DNA from: Macrostomum lignano
Taxonomy: Eukaryota
Assembly: GCA_002269645.1 (NCBI GenBank)
Contig: NIVC01004176.1
Span: forward strand, 1 to 56,619
Direction of reading: 5' to 3'
DNA: 56,619 bases
The translations under genes and the position numbers were made by a program. Positions 25,993 to 35,276 of this stretch are shown here, one piece after another; the first letter of the stretch is position 1; every line of letters begins with the position of its first letter. The notes beneath the pieces were generated by a model, which saw only the letters and a list, made by a program, of their open reading frames with translations, was not told the origin of the DNA and did no database searches.

Positions 25993-27135
25993 GTCATCAT
26001 GAATGATTTAATTAGTCATTCAGTGCAGATGAATGGCTAACAGGCTAAACATGATTGACAAATAATTTTGGCTTGAACCAAATGTGCAGTCGCCATAAAT
26101 TCTAGGCCCTAGTTAACAAAATGCCAGTTGATGAAATGCCAGTTGACAAAATGTCCTGGAACCTAAAAAAATCTGTCCAGCCTAGCCTAGGCTTATTAAG
26201 CAATTGAATGAATAAATCAGAATTCCACCCATTCTTTTTATTAGAAATCGCGTTAGGCCTAGTGGGAAAAATCTAAAAGTGGGATAAACAATTTTTAAAC
26301 AAGTGGAAAATCTAGCTGAAGCTGTTAATCAATTACTTAAACAAATATTCAATTGCAATGTATGAAAACAACACGTGTCAAGATAAAAGTTTCTTAATGA
26401 AATTTCGTAGGCAAGACAAAACAAATCTTAAGAGCATAACGCGGATCGTTACTGGAGTGTTCGCTAAAACCCGTAAAACTTTAAAACAGAGACGCTAGCT
26501 ATTGCAAGCCAATTTAAACCAATAGTGATTAAGTCACATAGTCATGCCTTCATTTTTCAATATTCTGACAGGTTAGAAAATAAACGTATGTGTGCCGACT
26601 AAATTTCTCGATCATACATATGCAGTAGGGCCCTTTTCTTCGGGTAGCGAATACAAAAAATAGCCCGATGATTAGTCTGATGATTATTCGCTCTAACTCT
26701 ACTGCTGATATTTGGTCGTAAAGCCAGTTTTAAACACCAGAAAGGGCTCTAATTAGTTAGCTTAACTTTTGTCATCATTTATACCTCATTCCGGATTAAC
26801 TTACTTAGATTCTAAAGGGTTTTTGCGCTCTTGGAGTGACTGCATCCATTGTTTGAAAGACTAAGACAAAAGACTTTCCCTACGAGTTTTAGTGATATAG
26901 CGTGTAATTAATTTTTTTTATTTGTCAGAAGCCTTTAAGTCTACTTTACTATTACTTTCATATGTGAAGATCGCGGTTAGAGGTATGGTTTAGCTACTAT
27001 AGAAGGAACCCCCTGTTGAACATAAAAGACTCATTGTCATGTCAAGACTCATGACTCATGGGGGAATTGCTGTAATGTTGTGGCTCTTATGGAGGGTTTA
27101 CTGAGATGCCAAGAGCAATTGGTAGAAAAAGGTAA

Positions 27136-30100
27136 CAACAAACACAACAGAGTACGCTGCCAGATCACAAAAGCAGCGTCAGATGGCGCGCTTCAAAGCT
27201 TGGGCGCGAACAAAAGCCGCACCGCCGGCAGAGTCCGGGGCGCCGGCGTCAGCCAGCAGACAGTCGACGTAGCGCCGAGTCCTCGCCTGTCCCCGCCGGT
27301 AGGGTGCCTGCAACGTAAGTAGCAGCACCTCCTGCACCGGCTCCGGGCAGTAGGCCTCGGCGCGGATGACGTGGCCTGCCAGCTGGAGTCGCCGACGGCG
27401 CAGCAGATCGCTAGGACGGGCCAGGCCGGCGCGATGATAGAGCGCCGTGTTGGTGACTCGCTCGTTGCCGATCTTGAAGGCGGCGCGCAGCAGGCCAGCG
27501 TGCGCCGCGTCGACTTGAGCCTCGAGCGAGTCTGTCAGCGTCCAGGTCTCGGCGTTGTATAACAGGACGGTCTCGATCACCGCCTGGAACAGCGCCGCCC
27601 TCTGGCGGTCCGGTAGGGCCTCGGACTGCAGGACTGACCTTATGGAACGAAAGGCAGCCCAAGCAAGTCCTCGGCGACGCCGCAGATCCTCGCGGACGTC
27701 GGGAACCAGACCGCCGAGGTAGACGAACTGCTGACATCTTGGAAGCTCACTCGCCTGTCCGTCAGCGCATCGGCAGAAGATTGCAGCCTCGGTGTCGTCC
27801 GGCACGCATAGCACGACGGTCTTCTGCGTGTTGACCACCAGGCCGACGCTCGCCGCAACGGCAACCAGCCTATCCAGCTGTCGTTGGGCGCCCTCGACGG
27901 TCGAGGACAGCAGGGCGAGGTCATCGGCGTAGCCAAGCACGCTGAGCCGTCTCTCCGGTTGGCGTCGACCCACGCGTCGCCGCAGCAGGAAGCCGTCGTC
28001 GTTGGAAGGCAGAGCAGTCCGTAGCACCCAGTCAAGCACCAGAATAAATAGGAACGGCGCTAGCGTATCTCCCTGGAGCACCCCGGAGGATGTCTCGAAG
28101 AAATCCGATAGGCCGTCCGGTGTTGAGACAGCAGCCGTCGTGCCGTGGTACAGCGCCATGACAGCAGAAATCAGCAGCTCTGGCACGTTGTACGCACGGA
28201 GCACCTCTGGGAGCGCGTCCCTCACGACCGAGTCAAAAGCCTTCCTGAAATCGACGAAGATCAGGATCAGGGTCAACTGGCGGATGCGCGCCTCCTCGAT
28301 GACTCGTCGAAGAGCCAGGATCTGCGTCACTGTGCCGCGATGGGGCCGGAATCCGTTCTGCTCAGGTCGCAGGTACGGGTCCAGCACAGGCTGTAACCGC
28401 GATAGCAGCATGCGGTTGAACAGCTTCGCGGCGCAGGACTGTAGGCAGATGCCTCGATGCTCCTCGAGCTTGGTGGTGCCCGGCTTCTTTGGAATGGCGA
28501 CGATGTGCGCCGTGGTCCATTCGTTTGGCGCCACCTCACCGAAAAGCACGCGGTTCATCACTCTGGCGACCTCAGTGGCCACGCAGTGGATCCGCAGCGC
28601 CTCGGTGGGCACCTCGTCCGGACCAAGCGCTTTGCCGCCCGGCGACTGCCGAGCGAACTTCACAACGTCGGCTGTGCTGACTGGGGCAACATTGAAGCTC
28701 TCCTCCGCCGGCAACGGCGTCTCCGGCGGCAGCCTCAGATTTTCTGGAAGCGGAGGGGGCGGCGCGTTGACAATGGCGGCGAAGAACTCGCGCAGCTCGT
28801 TCCTGCGCTCGTCCGGAGTGTCGCCTGCCAGGTTGAGCGCGATGCGCCGCTTTCGCCCCGTCAGAGTGTTGATGGCGGACCAGGCCACGCGCCCTCTGGC
28901 ATCGGGCCCTGCGGCAGAGACGGCTTGGATGGCGTCATCGACAGCGGACTGCTGCCGCTGCAGGTAGACAGCCGCCAGAGCCTCCTCCGCCTCGCGAGTT
29001 GGCCGCCCACTCAGACGGAGCCTCTCCAGATCTTCCTCGCTTCGTCGATCGCGGGGTCGTCCTGCCAGACCGGCTGCCCGCGCTGGGCCGGTCGCATCAG
29101 CGGGACTGCTTGCTCCGCAGCGGCTCGAACTGCAGCGCTCACCTCCGCGTACTCGGCTCCTCCACGCTTGTCGCCCAGCGCAGTGACAAAGGCACCGGCA
29201 AAGCGACGTCGCGTCTCGGCGTCCCTGAGCGCGCGGTAGTAGCGCCGCGGTGGCCGCTTTGGCGGACGGTAGAGCGGGTCCCGAAGCCGAAGGTCGCAGA
29301 TGAGCAGCCGATGGTCGGACCGCAGAGCCAGCGGCGTAATGGTGTGGCAGTTGGTGACGCGGCGGCGCTCACGAAAGCGCACAAGCACGTGGTCGAGCTG
29401 TGCCAGCCTCCGCGTAGCGTTCCGGCCACGCGAGTTCCGCCGCCTCCGCTTGCAGCCCACGAAGGTCGCGAACCTGCCCGGCGACTTGCGGAATCTGGTC
29501 TTAATTTATTTGCAGTCTTAATTTATTTGCAGTCTTAATTTATTTGCAGTCTTAATTTATTTGCAGTCTTAATTTATTTGCAGTCTTAATTTATTTGCAG
29601 TCTTAATTTATTTGCAGTCTTAATTTATTTGCAGTCTTAATTTATTTGCAGTCTTAATTTATTTGCAGTCTTAATTTATTTGCAGTCTTAATTTATTTGC
29701 AGTCTTAATTTATTTGCAGTCTTAATTTATTTGCAGTCTTAATTTATTTGCAGTCTTAATTTATTTGCAGTCTTAATTTATTTGCAGTCTTAATTTATTT
29801 GCAGTCTTAATTTATTTGCAGTCTTAATTTATTTGCAGTCTTAATTTATTTGCAGTCTTAATTTATTTGCAGTCTTAATTTATTTGCAGTCTTAATTTAT
29901 TTGCAGTCTTAATTTATTTGCAGTCTTTATTTATTTGCAGTCTTAATTTATTTGCAGTCTTAATTTATTTGCAGTCTTAATTTATTTGCAGTCTTAATTT
30001 ATTTGCAGTCTTAATTTATTTGCAGTCTTAATTTATTTGCAGTCTTAATTTATTTGCAGTCTTAATTTATTTGCAGTCTTAATTTATTTGCAGTCTTAAT

Positions 30101-30945
30101 TTATTTGCAGTCTTAATTTATTTGCATCACGGTGCAGATAAATGCCGCTACCTCCTCGTGGTGAGAGTGGAGAGCCGCGCTTAACTGCTGCGGCGGCCAA
30201 ATGCGGCAGGACCAAGCGAGGGCAGCGGAGCGCGCGTCGGCGAGTTGAACGCCGTCGCGAGCGAAACTGGCGAGGTCGGCAACGTGGCGCCGCCCGCCGA
30301 GCTGCTGCTGCGCTGGCCCAATTGGATCTTCCGGGTGGCCCGGGGACCATGAGGCTCACCAGCATCGAGCCCCAGCCGTACCAGAGGGCACGCTTCGGGT
30401 CGGGACGCTGAACTGCCGCACTCTCAAGGCCACATGGCGGAGAGGGCTGCTGGCGAGGCTAGCGCTCGACCTCAGCTGTGATGTCATCGCACTACAGGAG
30501 GTGTCTATCAGAGCCGACCCCGGACTTCACTGTGAGGACCTGGGCGCCGGTTGGACACTCTGGTACACCTCAGCGGATGAGCGAGGCCGTGGAGGAGTTG
30601 GAGCGCTGATCGGACCGAGGCTGCAGCAGAGCTGTCGCTGCATCTCCCTGTCTTCTCGGCTGCTTCGGGTCGACGTCCGGCTTCGCGGCCGGAACACTGT
30701 TCTGCGCATATGCGCCGCCTGCTACCCGCTCCGATGAGGCTCAGGCCTTCTTCGAGCAACTCTCGGTGCGGGTGGAGGAGATGGCGCAACGTGACACAGT
30801 GGTCATTCTCGGAGACCTGAACGCAGTTCTGCGTAGGTCCGAGCGATCGCTGTTTGTGACAGCGCGCGAGAACGGCAACACCGGAGCGCTAGAGGACTTC
30901 CTGGAGAGACAGGACATGGTGTCGGCCAACACCAGATTCCGCAAG
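27136..30945 (-). mobile_element. RTE-like non-LTR retrotransposon (APE + RT) with an inverted 5' part
   Basis: Minus strand 29499-27179: endonuclease C-terminus (LDHVLV..SDHRLL) and RT (QNGFRPHRG, FVDFRKAFDSV, GVLQGDTLAPFLF, YADD, YLG). Plus strand about 30130-30945: endonuclease N-terminus (LRVGTLNCRTL, DVIALQE, GRGGVG, VILGDLNA, SANTRFRK). Direct repeat AGAAAAAGGTAA at 27124-27135 and 30944-30955. Confidence 0.93.
29498..30126. repeat. 17-bp satellite (GTCTTAATTTATTTGCA) x37 at the retrotransposon inversion junction
   Basis: 629 bp = 37 x 17; one variant unit near 29925. Confidence 0.97.
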
Positions 30946-31701
30946 AAAAAGGTAAGCAAAAGCAAAAGGTAGAAATGTAGGAGTTAGGGTTAAGCTGCCA
31001 TACGGCTTAAAGCGAGGCTTCGATGCCAAAGCTCACAGGGGATGCTGATACCTTTTAGGCTCAGATAGCTGCATGGCTTTCAGAGCTGATGCTTTTTTAT
31101 TTAACATTTTTCTTATGATACTAACAATAATCGTGATTGTAGGTCAAAACCGACATTATGTTTACATATTAAAAGAATTTTACTCCATCGTTTGTTGCCT
31201 CCCCAACGGGGCCGGGGGTCGCTGATTGCTAGTCACATTTAGTTTCTGAGAATTCAATATTGTAACAGTGCTTTCTGGTGTATAGAGAGAGGCTGGCCAG
31301 CACAAGAAACCTCTGTAAAATTTTCTCTCTATATCCCTGCATGGTCAATGCGATTCAGTCCCAGCAGTGTCCTTTGCAGCGGCAACGACTTATTGAGATT
31401 GACGGCAAAAAGGCACTGGTTAGCAGGTTAGTGGGCAGAGGCTCTTCTAGCCGGAAACCCGACTTCGAGAGAGCTGCAGGCAGCGGTGTCGGAACATATT
31501 TCAAAGTGGGGGGGGCTATTGGTGGGAGGGCACATTGCAAATAATTTCTTTAAATCTAAAGGCACCCAAACTCCTGCTATTATATCAGTTTGTGAAATTG
31601 TGACAACCAGGCCGATATTCAATTTTGAGTTGGAAGTGGATTGCGGCGGACTCGGAATTTCGATCAGAGACGCCAAAGTGAACCGATAAATACTAATAAA
31701 A

Positions 31702-32587
31702 CAGGGATTGGCAAACTCCGGCCTGAGGGCCAATTGTGGCCTGCAAAGCCTCTCTATCCGGCCCTCGGATCCTTTAAATCTTCACAATAGCAATCCGGCC
31801 CGCTCGATGTTTGTCTCTTCTCAGCTCTCTTCTCATATTCTCTCTTGTTCTCTCCTCTCCTCTCTCTTCTCCTCTCCTCTCTCTTCTCCTCTCCTCTCTC
31901 CTTTCCTCTCCTCACCTCTCTAATCTCCTATCCTCTCTCCTCTCCTCTCCTCTCCTCTTCTCTCCTCTCTTCTCTCATCTCCTCTCCTCTCTACTCTCCT
32001 CACCTCTCTCATCTCCTCTCCTCTCTCCTCTCCTGTCCTCTCTTCTCTCCTCTCCTCTTTCCTCTCATCTTTTCTTTCCTCTTCTCCTCCTCTCCTCTCC
32101 TCCCCTCTCCTTTCCTCTCTTTCTTTCCTTTCATCTCCTCACCTCTCTCCTCTCCCTTTTCTCTCCATTCTCTTCTCCCTTCCCTCTTCTCTCCTCTCTC
32201 TCCTATTTCGTCTCTCCTCTCCTCATCCATCTCCCCTCTCCAATTTTATCTCTCTTCGTGTCTACTCTCTTCTCCTTTATTCCTTCACCTCTCCTCTCTC
32301 CTTTCCTCTCCTCTCCTTTCCTCTCCTCTCCTTTCCTCTCCTCTTTTCTCTCCTCTCCTCTCTCCTCTTATCTTGTCTTTCCTTTCCTTCTCCTCTCCTC
32401 GCCTCTCCTTTCTATTCCCTATTCTCTACTCTATTCTCTATCCTCTCTCCCTTCTCTTGCCAGCAGTCAGGGACTCCTGGGCGCGTTTTGCTTACGGGGG
32501 CCCAGCGAAGCAAACCCAGAAGGGCAGTCATTGCGCCACGCTAGGTTCTCAATCTGGCCCTTAAGGTGAAAAGTTTGCTGACCAATG
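31702..32587. mobile_element. Nested Charlie-like hAT MITE containing a (CTCCT)n tract
   Basis: Ends CAGGGATTGGCAAAC / GTTTGCTGACCAATG (imperfect); the TSD is only partial (TAATAAAA vs CACTAAAA). Confidence 0.55.
31810..32455. repeat. Polypyrimidine (CTCCT/CTCTT)n microsatellite
   Basis: Read directly. Confidence 0.95.
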
Positions 32588-33137
32588 CACTAAAAGCACT
32601 AGGCTTATGCACATTAGATCAAAACTGTAGTGGAATGGAGATTGAGAACAACATGAACTATTATATCAGCTGATACCCCCTTAGCTTCCAAGACTCAGAA
32701 AAGCCAGAGCCTAAAACCAGTCGACACTTGTTTAAAATTCAAAAAGGGCACTTGCTGGATCATGCTAAAAAGTGGGGGGGGGGGCTCCAGCGTTTCTCCC
32801 GTACCCCCCGGTTCCGACACCCCTGGCTGCAGGTTTGGTGAGTTCGCAAGAGTTGATTGAAGCGGATTAGGTTAATTCCCCGATTAGTTGAATTCCACCT
32901 TTTCAATTCTCCCTGCTTGTGTCTCACTGCTCGTCACATCTTTGCAACCTTGGAGCTGACCATCAATCAGGAGTGGGAGCTGCCAGAGCGCTAAGCGGTT
33001 AGTTGCGATTAGTTTCTGCCCTCTGAGGTCCGAATAACCTTCGATCAAAGATTTTAGAAGGCGGAGCCCAGCACCATAAAAACTCTCCAGGATCCCAAGA
33101 TTCGCGATCGAGGGCCATAGAGTAAAAGTATGCACAT

Positions 33138-33323
33138 TTATTTTCCCAGTTTATTAGCATTCAAATTTTGCGTGAACCAGTAAAGCTGTTGTCTGTATAG
33201 AAACGTTAAAACGCTATCAGTGCATAGCGCGAATCTCTTTGAACGAAGATATGAGCAGAAATGCAGATATGCAGATAAGCGCTGGTTAACCCGCAAACAC
33301 GACACGCTCTCACGAGAAACCAT
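33138..33323 (-). mobile_element. Possible Ty3/Gypsy pol (RNase H end) remnant
   Basis: AYLHFCSYLRSKRFALCTDSVLTFL resembles the F..YL.G..F.L.TDH.PL motif; no other pol domains recognised. Confidence 0.3.
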
Positions 33324-33652
33324 GCACTAACACCTGTTCCCAGCAGCCATCATTTTCCATCGAAACACCTGCATTCATGTGTCAATTAAAGAATTTTTTC
33401 CACCGCAATATGGCATTTTTACCCACGCATATCGATTGATTTCAATTTCAACCATGTCTTCTTAGAAAGCCACTAATCAGAAAGCCACGAGTCAGAATAA
33501 TTGGCACCTCAAACAATACTAAAATATGACAAGAGGCGTTTCAAAACCAGAAAAAGCTGGTTCGTTGATTGACAATTGTTTCTGCAGTGCATAAAAAATA
33601 AAGTTTTGAAGCAGTTTTGTCGCTGTTTGCTGACAAATCTATCTCCCAGGCC

Positions 33653-34594
33653 ATGCTGGGCGGCACCCATCTGACGGTCATTTCTATCCTTTTTAGCAGC
33701 GCCGACTGCCTGATTCGCGGCGTCGGCTCCGGTGTCTGCTTCAACTCGACTCTAGCAATTCGAGCTGCTGGAACTCGACGCTCTCTGCTTGACTGCTTTC
33801 TGAACTTCGAGTCGCAGCAGCCGACAGGTCTGTGGCTGGCTCAGTTCGAAGAATCTACCGGACTATGCTACCAGTTTGCCTACCAGTCGGTGTGTTTCTT
33901 GCTCCAGCAGCCCGGTAGCGGTTGTCAGGTGATGCATAGCTCTCGGCTGAACATCAATCAGGCCGCTTCTCGATTCTCGGCCGTGTGGGAGGCCGCCGAA
34001 GCCGTCATGGACAGCGTCGTGTGCGGCCAGGCTCCACTGCAGGCTCATGATGTCGAATGGACAAGTAACGGAGCGCGGCTGTCGAACCTGACCAGCTCGT
34101 ATCTGCAAGCGATCAACGCAACAAGCTTTACTGCTAGCAAGTCGCTGACGTGGATCGTTAGAGCCAGTCGAATAAATGGGGTTCGTTGCTTCCTGGAGTT
34201 CACTGACTGCAACACTGGCGGGATCGGCGCCAACCTGTGGGAAGCTTCCGAGAAAAGCGGCGGCGCTCGTCGTTTGCTAAGCCGACTGTCATCCTCAATT
34301 CTGATTGAGAGCTCTGAAATGATTTTACCAGACGATCCATACCAGCTTGTTGACGTCGGAGTTGCCTATAACGGGACGGTCAACCAACTGAATCTGTACT
34401 TCAATGGCCGGTTTCTGACTCCCGGTGGGGTATACATTGACTACTCTGGCAGTCCGAGTGTAAATGTTATGTCCTGCTTGAAAATTGGTCGACGAACAAG
34501 CTCCCACGGCTGGCTTGCTGGCACGGTGCAGGTGGTGGCGCTCTCCAAGGAGTATCTGAGTGAAGAAGAAATTCGTCTGCTGTTCTTGAACTGA
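33653..34594 (+). CDS. Intronless putative secreted protein, N-terminal Cys-containing (PAN/apple-like) region plus C-terminal concanavalin A/LamG-like domain, 313 aa
   Basis: Uninterrupted ORF from ATG 33653 with a hydrophobic N-terminus. VGVAYNGTVNQLNLYFNG, LKIGR and LAGTVQVVALSKEYLSEEEIRLLF match the LamG/pentraxin-type pattern. Confidence 0.7.
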   Translation: MLGGTHLTVISILFSSADCLIRGVGSGVCFNSTLAIRAAGTRRSLLDCFLNFESQQPTGLWLAQFEESTGLCYQFAYQSVCFLLQQPGSGCQVMHSSRLNINQAASRFSAVWEAAEAVMDSVVCGQAPLQAHDVEWTSNGARLSNLTSSYLQAINATSFTASKSLTWIVRASRINGVRCFLEFTDCNTGGIGANLWEASEKSGGARRLLSRLSSSILIESSEMILPDDPYQLVDVGVAYNGTVNQLNLYFNGRFLTPGGVYIDYSGSPSVNVMSCLKIGRRTSSHGWLAGTVQVVALSKEYLSEEEIRLLFLN

Positions 34595-35276
34595 TGATGG
34601 AGAAACTGCAAGTCAATCTCTATAGAGAATTCTATTCGAAAAACTGGTCTCTTGCGATCGAAATTATCCTTTAAAAAGAGGAAGCACTACATGAACCGAA
34701 GTCATAGTAATAACTATTTTAGAAATGCAATACGAAAGACTTTAGCTCGTATAGTATTTAATACAAGCTTCAATCGAATTAAAACAAATAAACTGTTAGA
34801 ACGAACCCTATTTTAACCTGGACCTGATTGATTCATTAGCGCAATGCCATATATATGGGCACTACAATTGCAGTATAAAACTTGTTTCCTTCTGGTTTGC
34901 TAGTCTGCCAAGCAAATTGACCTAGAAAATTATCGCCTGATCTCACGCCTGAGTAAAATTTAACTGGCGAGTTCTGCGCATAAGTAAGCATTCATGCAAC
35001 TGGATCGGCACTCATTTAACGCGTGATAGCGACGTTGCGCCAAAGAGCGTTATGGTAGTTCGGTCTTTTACTCGTATTGCTTGGAGAGGCACTTTAAAGT
35101 CTTATCGATTCGGTGCCAGTTTTCAGGTGCCGAAGACACTGGACTGCGTCACTTTCTTTAACGCGGTGATAATATTTAAACTCTAAAAAAACGCAAAGTA
35201 TGAAAAGCGCGCTGGCTCAGCTGATTTCGCCGCTTTTAAAATTAGAAAAATAATCAGAAAATTTGACACTATCAAA

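Larger units (their letters stand above)
31481..32825. mobile_element. hAT-type MITE (outer element of a nested pair)
   Basis: TIR CAGCGGTGTCGGAAC / GTTCCGACACCCCTG; 8-bp TSD GCTGCAGG at 31473-31480 and 32826-32833. Confidence 0.88.

Noticed and set aside
27371-29538. Plus-strand ORFs of 260-320 aa over the RT
   Set aside because: Antisense shadows of a GC-rich coding sequence; no motifs.
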